Assembly (NCBI GenBank): GCA_963758295.1
Contig: CAVWUU010000002.1
Span: 230,555 to 294,554 of the forward strand
Source of the DNA: Candidatus Eremiobacteria bacterium
GTDB lineage: Bacteria > Vulcanimicrobiota > Vulcanimicrobiia > Vulcanimicrobiales > Vulcanimicrobiaceae
Direction of reading: 5' to 3'
DNA: 64,000 nucleotides
Below, one piece after another: positions 1-8,855 of this stretch. Position 1 is the first letter of the stretch. Every line of letters starts with the position of its first letter. Under the pieces are notes generated by a model, which worked only from the letters and a program-made list of their open reading frames with translations, did not search any database and had not been told where the DNA came from. The position numbers were made by a program, and so were the translations under genes.

Positions 1-1598
1 AATGTCAGGCTCGCGTTGGTGAAGATGTCACTTTGGTGCGCCGCTCCGCTGCGGTCCATGTAACGGTCGGCACCGAACAAAAGCTGATACGACTTTAGCA
101 CGCCGTCTTTTGGACCGTTACCGCTGTATTGATAGAAAAACTGTGGGCCGCGCAGATCGTTCTCTTGAATGTAGCCGTCGAGCGGGTTGTATTCCGGCCC
201 GATGTCGGCGTATTTCAGAATCGCGAGCGTGTGCGCGTTTTGGACGCCGCCGCCGAACTGGAGATCCTCCGCCTGGCCAGGGGCATCGACGTCGGTGCCG
301 CGATCCATGGTGATCTTCGCCAAGCCGAACACGCCGTTACGCGGGTTCGTGGTCGCTACGCCGTAGCCGAACGTGTTGTCGCGAATGCCGGTATGATTGG
401 CATTCACGCCGTCTACGGCTAGAGTAAGCGAATTATCCGATTTATTCCAGGCGTAACCAAACGCCGTGTCGTCGAACCCGTCGCCGATCACGTTGAGCAA
501 GCCGACTTGACCGAGGCCTTGCGTTCCCTCGAGCTTCAGACCGCGATTGAACACGCCGATGCGCGGCGAGTAGAACTGCAAGTCATTCGAATTGATGTTA
601 ATCCCCGGCAGGGCATTGATGTAGTTGGCACCCTGCGCGAAGAACGGACGGTACTCATTGTACTGGCGCTGGAACTCTTGCGGAGCGATCGTCGTCTGAT
701 CTTGCTCGACATTCGAGAAATCCGGATTCAACGTTCCCACGAACGCCATCGTATTCGTCACCGGCACCGTCAAATCGATGCCGTACGGCCGCGCCTTCAT
801 CGGCTCGAATTGGCCGATCCCATTTTGGAAGACGCCGCGGTCGAGGCCACCGGACCCCAAGGCGTAGAGGTCGGCGTGCGGTTTCGGACGCGAGGCGTTC
901 TTCGGAATTTGAAGCCCGACCATGTGCGGCCAGTACTGCGAGGAGCCTACGGCCTGCATCGTCGAGTCGTATGCCCAGGTGTACTCGTCGTTGGTAGCCG
1001 CGACGAAGCGGACGATGTCGATCTGCCAATTTTGCTTGTCGCCGCCTTGCGCGCGAATGACACGCAGCGGAATAACCATGACGAGATTCCAGTCGCCGTT
1101 CGGAAGGATCGACGTGGTGCTCTGCCAGTCGGGCGCGTACCGCGAGTTTTCGCTTGAATACTCATCGTGGACGCCACGCGGATTGGCGCGGAACTGATAC
1201 ACGCGCGCGCCGCTTCCCGAGGTTTCCAGATTCAGCGAAACGTGATCGTCGGTTGCGACGCCGGCATGGTCAACGTTCTGCGTTGCGGTAATCGGCGTCC
1301 CGGCCTGTTGACAATGCACGGCAACATACAGGTTCGTATCGTCGTAGAGGACGTACGCAACCGTGTTCTGCTTGGCGGGTTGGTGGTTCGTGAAGTCGTA
1401 GAAGCGATCGAAGACCAGACCCTTTTGCCACGTCGGATCGGACAGCGACGCGTCGAGTTTCGGCGGCGTCGCCGTCTTCACCGCATCGACGTTCGCGGTA
1501 TGGGGAACCCAAGCGAACGCCGGTGATGCCATTACCATCATGGGAAGGGATAATGCCACTGCACCGAGCGCTAAGCGCCGGATGATCGAACGGTTCAT
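1..1598 (-). CDS. Secreted carbohydrate-binding family 9-like / DUF5916-type protein (3' end runs off the window)
   Basis: Not in the ORF track because it has no stop in the window. Hand translation from ATG 1598 gives signal peptide MNRSIIRRLALGAVALSLPMMVMASPAFA, then PKLDASLSDPTW..YVLYDDTNLYVA..FRANPRG and TLNPDFSNVEQD..EYRPFF, typical of CBM9-like plus DUF5916 proteins. Confidence 0.75.
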   Translation of the reverse strand, partial: MNRSIIRRLALGAVALSLPMMVMASPAFAWVPHTANVDAVKTATPPKLDASLSDPTWQKGLVFDRFYDFTNHQPAKQNTVAYVLYDDTNLYVAVHCQQAGTPITATQNVDHAGVATDDHVSLNLETSGSGARVYQFRANPRGVHDEYSSENSRYAPDWQSTTSILPNGDWNLVMVIPLRVIRAQGGDKQNWQIDIVRFVAATNDEYTWAYDSTMQAVGSSQYWPHMVGLQIPKNASRPKPHADLYALGSGGLDRGVFQNGIGQFEPMKARPYGIDLTVPVTNTMAFVGTLNPDFSNVEQDQTTIAPQEFQRQYNEYRPFFAQGANYINALPGININSNDLQFYSPRIGVFNRGLKLEGTQGLGQVGLLNVIGDGFDDTAFGYAWNKSDNSLTLAVDGVNANHTGIRDNTFGYGVATTNPRNGVFGLAKITMDRGTDVDAPGQAEDLQFGGGVQNAHTLAILKYADIGPEYNPLDGYIQENDLRGPQFFYQYSGNGPKDGVLKSYQLLFGADRYMDRSGAAHQSDIFTNASLT

Positions 1599-1751
1599 TT
1601 GCCTTTACTTACGGAATTAGGAGATAGATGTTTCAAGCCGCTTGCGATATAAATCGCGGCTGCTATCTATTGATATAGCCGCTAATAACGTCGCGTGCCG
1701 AACGAGGACGTTCCCCCTAGGTAGCTCGCTGCCTCGGCAGAAGCTTTAAGT

Positions 1752-2234
1752 ATGGCAACCGTACAACGCGTAAATTGGGGCAGCGTCTTTAAAGAAGCTG
1801 TCGCCGCCGGCATCGCCGGTGCAATTCTGATCGAACTCTATCTCGTGCTAACCACCGTGCTGCCGCAACACGGCAGTATAATGGGCATGTTGCAGTGGAC
1901 CGCATCGACGGTGATCGGCAAAGTAGCCTTCACCGGCGCAGCGTACGCGTGGCTTGGGCTCTTAATCCATTTTTGCGTGAGCATCGCTTGGGCCGGCGGC
2001 TACGCGTATCTCGCATCGCAACAGAAATTCATGAACCACCGCTGGGCGATCTCCGGGCTTGTGTACGGGCTGGTCGTTTACGGCTTCATGCAACTGATTT
2101 TGCTGGGCGACAACAACTTGAAGCCGCCCCCGACACCCAACGACTTCATCAATGCGCTGATCGCACACGCCGTGTTCTTCGGCTTGCCGGTTGCATTCGT
2201 CGTGTCGCGTTTCAATCGCACATTCTCGCGATAA
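1752..2234 (+). CDS. Integral membrane protein (about 4 TM helices)
   Basis: 160-aa ORF with four hydrophobic segments. Confidence 0.7.
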   Translation: MATVQRVNWGSVFKEAVAAGIAGAILIELYLVLTTVLPQHGSIMGMLQWTASTVIGKVAFTGAAYAWLGLLIHFCVSIAWAGGYAYLASQQKFMNHRWAISGLVYGLVVYGFMQLILLGDNNLKPPPTPNDFINALIAHAVFFGLPVAFVVSRFNRTFSR

Positions 2235-3000
2235 ACTCTTTTGCGAACTTTGCAGCGACCGTTGCGGTGATGCCGCCGATGTCTTGATCCGGATTGTATT
2301 CCACGACGTCCGCGCCGACTACGTCGCCCGGGATTCGTTTGACGATCTCGAGCACGTCGCGTACGGAAAGACCACCCGGTTCACGATGCGACACGCCTGG
2401 CGCAAACGCGGGATCGAGGCCGTCAAGATCGAGCGATACGTAAACCGGACCGGACGGCAACGCCGCACCCGCCGCCTCTATTTCCCAAGCGCCGAAAACT
2501 TTTACGCCAAAGCCTTCGGCGATTGCTTTTTGCGGCGGGCTCATCGTTCGAATGCCGATCTGCACCAATGCGCTTACCGGCGTGTCTTCCAAAATCCGCG
2601 CGAACGGAGACGCATGTGAGAAGCGATTGCCCTGGAAGCTCGGATACATGTCGGGATGCGCATCGAAATGAACGATGCTCAAATTCGGATAGCGCCGTGC
2701 ATACGCGCGCACGATCGGGTACGTGATCGAGTGGTCGCCGCCGAGCGATAGCACTCGGTTGCCTCGCGCCAGTTCGGCCGCGACGGCAAATTCGATCGTC
2801 GCCCGGTCGCTCTCGTCTTCTTGCAGCGCGACGTCACCGCCGTCCGACATAACGCCCGGAGCCCGCAAGTTGACGCCCGACTCAGCGTACGGATTTTGCG
2901 CGTCGGTTAGGAACTCGGCGCGGATCGCGGCGGGGGCCTTCGCCGGGCCGCGCAGATGCGAGGAGTTCGAGTCGGTCGGAAACCCGAGCATCGTTACCAT
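2212..3000 (-). CDS. speB: Agmatinase / ureohydrolase (arginase family)
   Basis: Motifs GGDHS, DAHPD, SHASPF, DLDGLDP and VEYNP of Mn-dependent ureohydrolases. Substrate is inferred. Confidence 0.8.
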   Translation of the reverse strand: MVTMLGFPTDSNSSHLRGPAKAPAAIRAEFLTDAQNPYAESGVNLRAPGVMSDGGDVALQEDESDRATIEFAVAAELARGNRVLSLGGDHSITYPIVRAYARRYPNLSIVHFDAHPDMYPSFQGNRFSHASPFARILEDTPVSALVQIGIRTMSPPQKAIAEGFGVKVFGAWEIEAAGAALPSGPVYVSLDLDGLDPAFAPGVSHREPGGLSVRDVLEIVKRIPGDVVGADVVEYNPDQDIGGITATVAAKFAKEFIARMCD

Positions 3001-3041
3001 TACCGGCCCTTCCCGGGCGCTCCACCGGAACCCGCTGCACG

Positions 3042-4194
3042 TTGAGCGAAGGTTTGCGCGTGATCGGCCGGTTGTGCATTTCGCTGGGAGCGCTTAAACG
3101 AAACGCCGAAGCCCTGCGCGCGCTCGTCGCCCCCAAACGGGCGGCATTCGTCGTGAAGGGCAACGCATACGGACACGGGCTGCTCGAATGCGCCCTCGCA
3201 GCCGAGCCGTTTGCCGCAAAGCTGTGCGTATATTCCGTTGACGAAGCGGTCGTCTTACGCGACGGCGGCGTCACTGCGCCGATTCTCGTCCTCGGGCCGG
3301 TGGAACCCGTAGAACTGGATGTGGTTGCGGCGTTTGAGCTAGAAGTCGCGCTTTGGGATACAAGTGCGTTCGTCGCCCAACTCGCGGCGAGCCGCGCGTA
3401 AGCACCACACGCGCATCAAGGCGCACGTGAAGCTGAACACCGGCTTGAATCGCCTCGGCTTGGAGCCCGACGAACTAGCCGACGCAGTGGAAGACTTTTT
3501 GCACATTGCGGACCTCGAAATTGCCGGCATCTTTTCGCACCTCGCCTCCGCCGAGGAAATTGATTCGCCCTACACGATGCAGCAACTCGATCGCTTCCGC
3601 CACGCATACACGCATGCGGAACCCATCCTCGCGTCGCATGGCGTAGCGCCGGTCCAGCACATCGCGGCGTCCGCTGCCGCAATGCTCTGGCCGCAAACGC
3701 GTTTGGACATGTCACGGTTCGGGATCGCGCTCTATGGGCTGTGGCCATCGCCGCAAACTCGCGAAGCGATGAACGGCGGCCGGCTGCCGCTCGAACCGGT
3801 CATGCGTTACGAAACCGCGCTAACCGTTGTGCGAACGGTCGCCGCCGGATCGCCCATCGGATACGGCACGAGCTTCCACGCACCGCGCGAACTGCGCGTC
3901 GGCATTGTTCCGCTGGGCTATGCGGACGGCATTCCGCGCGCGCTCTCCAATCGCGGCGCGGTCCTCATTGATGGCGCCCGCTGCCCCATTATCGGACGCG
4001 TGGCGATGAACATGTGCTACGTGGATGTCACTCATGCGCCGCACGCGCAGCCCGGCGCAAAGACGACGCTGCTCGGCCGCGACGGCGACGCTGAAATCAC
4101 CGCTGATGACTGGGCGCAATGGGCCGACACGATCAATTACGAAATCATAACCCGCATGCCCGCGCACTTGCGACGTGACTTTATCGATGATTGA
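3042..4194 (+). CDS. alr: Alanine racemase (split by one apparent extra base near 3389)
   Basis: ORF 3042..3401 has the PLP-Lys motif VVKGNAYGHG. ORF 3364..4194 has KLNTGLNRLG, FSHLASA, IGYG, GYADG, GRVAMN and TINYEI. Confidence 0.9.
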
Positions 4195-4209
4195 AGCGTT
4201 AATAGGAAT

Positions 4210-5145
4210 ATGATTGGCACGCCGGCCGCCGTTGTCGTTGCCGCGGTAAACAACCGCCCGCCCGCCGTGGTCGCGGCGCCGCAGCCTATCGCCACCATTG
4301 CGCCGCCGGACGGCAGCAGAGAGTCAACGGCATTCCCCACGATCGCCGCAAACGTGAAAGCGCCGTTCGGTGTGAGGATTGCGAAACTCCGGATGCTACT
4401 CGATACGATCGACGTAACGCACGACGTCTCGTTCGGCGGAACGTCAATCACGTACATACCGCGCCAGGGATTGCTTGTCGGCACGCATACGGTACAAATC
4501 GCCGGGTCGCTTTCGAACGGTCAGGCATTCGCGCAATCGTGGGCGTTCGAAACCACGCAACCCGCTTTGCAAAGTATCGGTCCGCCAAGCAGTTCGTTCA
4601 ATTCATACGGATCGCTCACATTGAGCGTTTCCGGGTCCGTCTTCGGTCCGAATCAGATCATGCCGGTGCAACTCGTGGCTCCGCCCGGCGGCCAAGCCTA
4701 CGCGTTCGTTTGCAATTCGCCGTGGCAGTATCCGATGTACGCATCGCCGTCGTCGCCGTTTTATTCCGTTACGCTGCAAGCACCGTGGGGCCGGCAACTT
4801 TCGCAATGTCCGGTCACGGCAATGTACATTGGCCCGAACGGTGAAGTGCTCTACGCACCTTTCCCCGTGTTCGTAACGTTTGCGCCGGTGGCACCCTATC
4901 AAACGCCCGCGCCACGTCAGCAAACTCCCACGCCGTCACCGCTTCCCATGTCCCCATCGCCTGCAGTATCGTCACCACCGCGTCACATCCGTCCGATTCC
5001 CGTGGTGACACGAACGCCGCAAACGCCCGGGCCCGTTACGCAAACGCCTGCGCCGGAATCGCATCCGATAGCCCGTCCGCCCGTGCGCGTAACGCCGCGG
5101 CCGTTACCTATTCGTACGAAAGCGCCGGATTCTCGTAGCGCTTAG
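4210..5145 (+). CDS. Hypothetical Pro-rich exported protein with Ig-like region
   Basis: 311-aa ORF directly after alr, with a beta-rich core and a Pro/Thr-rich tail. Confidence 0.6.
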   Translation: MIGTPAAVVVAAVNNRPPAVVAAPQPIATIAPPDGSRESTAFPTIAANVKAPFGVRIAKLRMLLDTIDVTHDVSFGGTSITYIPRQGLLVGTHTVQIAGSLSNGQAFAQSWAFETTQPALQSIGPPSSSFNSYGSLTLSVSGSVFGPNQIMPVQLVAPPGGQAYAFVCNSPWQYPMYASPSSPFYSVTLQAPWGRQLSQCPVTAMYIGPNGEVLYAPFPVFVTFAPVAPYQTPAPRQQTPTPSPLPMSPSPAVSSPPRHIRPIPVVTRTPQTPGPVTQTPAPESHPIARPPVRVTPRPLPIRTKAPDSRSA

Positions 5146-6341
5146 GCGCCGTCCCACAACACGACGACCGGTACGTCGATTCCCAGAGCGCTCTTGTCGC
5201 GATCCACGACAATGCGTTTGGACGTTTTCGGAATTCCACGCAACATCGCGTGCACGTCCGAAATGCGCCGGCCGGTCACGGGCGTTCCGTCGATCGAAAC
5301 TAACTGCGAACCGATAAGTTTCGAACGCAGTCCGCTGTATGCCGGATCGTCCAAGACCTGAGCAATGGCATACGTCCCATCGTCGTTCGGCGTTACCGTC
5401 AGCGCAACGATCGCAAGCGGATGCATGGGTTCGCCGGGCGTGGCGAAGTCCAAAAACAACTTGGCATTCGGATAATCCAGGGTGACGTTAAAACGGCGCA
5501 GCACATTTCCGGCCAACGCGCCGACGATCGGCCCCGTTGTCAACGAACTCATCCAGCGTTCGAATGTGCCTTCGGGACGTGAAACAGTCGCTACGTTTTC
5601 CACCGTCGTGCCGCCAAGTTGTAATGCCGGCAAGAATAGTTCTTGCGCGTTTGCTTCAAAAGAACCGCCGAGCATATTGGCATCGTCGTATGCGCCGCGC
5701 ACGATGCGCCAGCCCGGATGTTTTGCACGTAAATCGCCGATTACCGCTTGCGAAAGCATGGTGCACGAAGCGCCGCTATCAAGCAACACGTACAACCGCT
5801 GATCCCCAATGGTCACCGGAACGCGAGCGAATCCCGAACGCGGCGCGATCTCTACGGCGAGCGGCGTCCCTTGCGGCGGATCGACGTCGATCCCAAATCG
5901 ATGCGCGGGATAGTCGAACGTTACGGCGTGATCGCGAAGCAAACGCACCGGAAACATGACGTCGGCCTCGACGCCGGAGGTCATGCGATCGGAATCAAGC
6001 ATCATCACGTCGCTTGGCGCGAGCGGTACTCTCACGTCCGAAGCCATGACGTGGGGTGGGTCGACCGGAACGAGACGTTCGCCGTTTTCCGTAACGGCTT
6101 TGCCGCTTTCGCGCAGGCCAAGCTCTCGCGCGAAATCACGCCGCAGAACCAGCTGTCCGCCGCCGGTATCCAGCCAGCAAATGCCGGTACGAGATCTTCC
6201 GCTCGGTCCCATAAACTCGAGGGCGACGAATGCGCGACTCATCCCTACGTTCATTGGCAGCCACGTCGCCTTCGACGTCGCTACAGCCGACGGCGCGGCG
6301 GCAAATGCTGAAACGAGCGAAAGAAAAGTCGCGCGATCCAG
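5142..6341 (-). CDS. Tandem retropepsin-like aspartyl protease with C-terminal PDZ domain
   Basis: Two catalytic motifs (WLDTGG, LLDSGA), GALAGNVLRRFNVTLDY and a PDZ-like LVSIDGTPV segment. The start is uncertain; a signal-like LDRATFLSLVSAFAAAPSAVA begins near 6341. Confidence 0.75.
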   Translation of the reverse strand: MDRATFLSLVSAFAAAPSAVATSKATWLPMNVGMSRAFVALEFMGPSGRSRTGICWLDTGGGQLVLRRDFARELGLRESGKAVTENGERLVPVDPPHVMASDVRVPLAPSDVMMLDSDRMTSGVEADVMFPVRLLRDHAVTFDYPAHRFGIDVDPPQGTPLAVEIAPRSGFARVPVTIGDQRLYVLLDSGASCTMLSQAVIGDLRAKHPGWRIVRGAYDDANMLGGSFEANAQELFLPALQLGGTTVENVATVSRPEGTFERWMSSLTTGPIVGALAGNVLRRFNVTLDYPNAKLFLDFATPGEPMHPLAIVALTVTPNDDGTYAIAQVLDDPAYSGLRSKLIGSQLVSIDGTPVTGRRISDVHAMLRGIPKTSKRIVVDRDKSALGIDVPVVVLWDGA

Positions 6342-6343
6342 AA

Positions 6344-7525
6344 TTAGGTCCCCGTTGCGACCGCTCCGCCGGTGCGTTGTTCCACCGGAACGTACGGTCC
6401 GGCCGGCGGGCCGACGTAGGAAGCTTGCGGACGAATCAAGCGATTGTCGCGCAGTTGTTCGAGGACGTGCGCGCTCCAGCCGGCTATGCGGCCGCAGGCA
6501 AACAAGCACGTGAATTCATCACCGGGAATGCCGAGATCGGCGAGAACCGGCGCGGTGTAAAAGTCGACGTTCGCGTAGATCTTACGATCGGGCTTTGCTT
6601 CTTGAAGCACCTTGTTGCTGGCTTCTTCGAGCTCACGCGCAATGGCGTACCATTGCGTGTCGCCACGGTACTCAGAGAGCTTCTTGGCAATTGCATCGAG
6701 ATGCTTGGCACGCGGATCGCGCACGCGATACTCGCGGTGGCCCATGCCCATGATGCGGTGGCCCTTGGAAAGTTCGTCGCGAGCGAACTTCTCCGCGTTC
6801 TCGGGACGGCCGATCGAAACAAGGTTCGTATACGAAGCACTCGCTGCACCGCCGTGAAGGTCGCCGGTGAGCGTTGCAAGTGCGGCCGTAATAGCCGCGT
6901 AGATATCGGCGCGCGTCGACGCCGTTACGCGTGCGCTGAACGTGGAGGCATTGTACGAGTGGTCCGCCAGAAGCACGAGGTACGTATCGACGGCGTCTTC
7001 CTCGATGGCCACCGGCACTTTTCCGGTTCGCATGTACAGAAAGTTCGCCGCATGCGACAGGTCGCCACGCGGTTCGATCGGATCGAGACCGCGGCGAATG
7101 CGATCCCACGCGGCAAGAATCGTCGTCATCTTCGCGATTAGCTCGATCGCGCTGTGAACGTCGGAAACGTGTTCGCCCTTTCCGTTCACCGGCGAAAAGA
7201 GCGCAAGTCCGCTCACGATGGTGCGCATCACGTCCATCGGCCACGCCGTTTTCGGCACGCTCTGCATGGCGCCGATCAGCGGTTGCGGCAGCGCCGCGCG
7301 CGACGAAAGCTCGCGCTTGAGCGATTCCAGCTCGTCGGCGGTCGGAAGATGGCCGTAGAGCAACAGATGGATGACTTCTTCGAACGATGCATTCGGTGCG
7401 AGATCATCGATGTCGTAACCGCGGTAGGTTAAGCGACCGATCTGGCCTTCGACGTTACTAAGCACCGTGGATCCGACGACAACACCCTCGAGCCCGCGAT
7501 CGACGACCGTACCAGTGGTAGACAA
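6344..7525 (-). CDS. gltA: Citrate synthase (citrate/2-methylcitrate synthase family)
   Basis: Motifs GLEGV, LTYRGY, DHSYNAST, LHGGA, GMGHREY, NVDFY and RIAGW. TTG start at 7525 is preceded by SD GGAGG. Confidence 0.9.
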   Translation of the reverse strand: MSTTGTVVDRGLEGVVVGSTVLSNVEGQIGRLTYRGYDIDDLAPNASFEEVIHLLLYGHLPTADELESLKRELSSRAALPQPLIGAMQSVPKTAWPMDVMRTIVSGLALFSPVNGKGEHVSDVHSAIELIAKMTTILAAWDRIRRGLDPIEPRGDLSHAANFLYMRTGKVPVAIEEDAVDTYLVLLADHSYNASTFSARVTASTRADIYAAITAALATLTGDLHGGAASASYTNLVSIGRPENAEKFARDELSKGHRIMGMGHREYRVRDPRAKHLDAIAKKLSEYRGDTQWYAIARELEEASNKVLQEAKPDRKIYANVDFYTAPVLADLGIPGDEFTCLFACGRIAGWSAHVLEQLRDNRLIRPQASYVGPPAGPYVPVEQRTGGAVATGT

Positions 7526-7539
7526 GTGTTCCTCCAACG

Positions 7540-7563
7540 AAAACCCGCCCGGTTGCGGACGGG
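7540..7563 (-). terminator. Intrinsic terminator-like hairpin immediately upstream of the citrate synthase RBS
   Basis: Minus strand reads CCCGTCCG-CAAC-CGGGCGGG-TTTT. Confidence 0.6.
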
Positions 7564-7578
7564 TAGCCAAAGAGAGTT

Positions 7579-7679
7579 AAAGAGTTGCCGGGGACGCGCC
7601 TCCCTGCGACTTTTCAGTCACTGGAAGGCGAGCTCCCGCTCGCTGAAGCTGCAGCTCGAGGTTGGAGTGCGACAGCTTT
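7579..7679 (-). ncRNA. Candidate structured leader RNA (unassigned)
   Basis: Long hairpin CGCCTTCC-A-GTGACT-GAAA-AGTCGC-A-GGGAGGCG with a GNRA loop, a second hairpin, and a possible closing stem TGTCG/CGGCA. Confidence 0.4.
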
Positions 7680-7882
7680 ACACAAAAACCGCCGGATCGA
7701 GCCGCTTGCCGCCGAGCATGAGCAGGGACGGGCTCTTTTTCATTACCGAGATATCCCGCAGTGGATCGCCGTTGAACGCCACGATGTCGTCCAACTTGCC
7801 CGGCGCTAACGATCCTCGATCGGTTACGCCGATTAGCGCGGCGGCGTTGTGCGTTGCGGCACGCAGGCGCCATTCGTTGCAA
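7678..7882 (-). pseudogene. C-terminal remnant of a metal-dependent amidohydrolase
   Basis: LRAATHNAAALIGVTDRGSLAPGKLDDIVAFNGDPLRDI is the typical amidohydrolase C-terminus. No N-terminal HxH domain is present. Confidence 0.65.
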
Positions 7883-7910
7883 CGCGCGGTTCTACTTGCG
7901 CCCGCGAGCC

Positions 7911-8855
7911 TTAAGCGACGTTGGCAACTTCGGCGCGCGAAAGTGCGTAGCCGATAAGGCGATCCACCAACGCTTCGTACGAAATGCCGACCGAGGCGCA
8001 TGCGTCGGGAATCAAACTGGTTGGCGTCAATCCCGGAAGCGTATTGACTTCCAAAATTTGCGGGCGGCCTTCCTTGCTCACGATGAAATCGGTCCGTGAG
8101 TAATCGCGCAAGCCGAGCAAACGATGCGTGGAAAGCGCCAACATTTGCAAGCGCGCAGCGAGATCTTCATCAATTTTCGCCGGCACGATGTGCGTGCTTC
8201 CGCCCGGTGCATATTTTGCATCGAACGTATAAAACTCGTCTTGGTTCGGCACCACTTCGATCACGGGGAGTGCTTCTTCGCCAAGCACGCCGCACGTAAA
8301 CTCGCGGCCTTCAATAAACTCTTCAGCCATGATTTGGGCGTAAGACTTTGCCGCGTTAATCATTGCCGACGTCCACTGCTCGTGCGTCTTCACGATGATG
8401 ACGCCTTGCGAAGAACCTTCGAAGCGCGGTTTGATGACAAGCGGAAGATCGAGCGATCCCGGCAGCAACGGCAGCGTGCCGCCCGAGAGATCGAACAAGT
8501 CCCAAGCTGCGGTAGGCAACCCTTCCGCCGCAACAAGCTTCTTCGTTAGATGCTTGTCCATAGCAAGCGCCGAGGCTTCAACGCCGCTACCCGTATACGG
8601 GATGCCGAGATAATCGAGAATCGCCTGCGCGTGGCCGTCTTCACCACCCGGTCCGTGCAGCGCGTTGAACACTACGTCGGGCGCGACTTCGCGAATGGCG
8701 TCGACGAAGCGCCGGTCGTAATCCAGCGACTGCGTGTCGTAGCCAAGCGACTGTAACGCGCGCATAACTCCCGATCCGGTTTGGATCGAGATCTCGCGTT
8801 CGGCGCTGCTTCCGCCCATAACGACGGCTACTTTAGCTTTTCTATTCATTATCAC
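7911..8855 (-). CDS. ddl: D-alanine--D-alanine ligase
   Basis: Motifs GGSSAEREIS, ALHGPGGEDG, GSSQGV, FDAKY and EVNTLPG. Confidence 0.95.
   Translation of the reverse strand: MIMNRKAKVAVVMGGSSAEREISIQTGSGVMRALQSLGYDTQSLDYDRRFVDAIREVAPDVVFNALHGPGGEDGHAQAILDYLGIPYTGSGVEASALAMDKHLTKKLVAAEGLPTAAWDLFDLSGGTLPLLPGSLDLPLVIKPRFEGSSQGVIIVKTHEQWTSAMINAAKSYAQIMAEEFIEGREFTCGVLGEEALPVIEVVPNQDEFYTFDAKYAPGGSTHIVPAKIDEDLAARLQMLALSTHRLLGLRDYSRTDFIVSKEGRPQILEVNTLPGLTPTSLIPDACASVGISYEALVDRLIGYALSRAEVANVA

Noticed and set aside
507..1157. Plus-strand ORFs at 110-1526
   Set aside because: Antisense shadows of the long minus-strand DUF5916-like gene.
7911..8855. Possible D-Ala-D-Lac (Van-type) ligase
   Set aside because: The omega loop ends AKY (Tyr retained) and the gene sits in the dcw cluster, so it is an ordinary Ddl.
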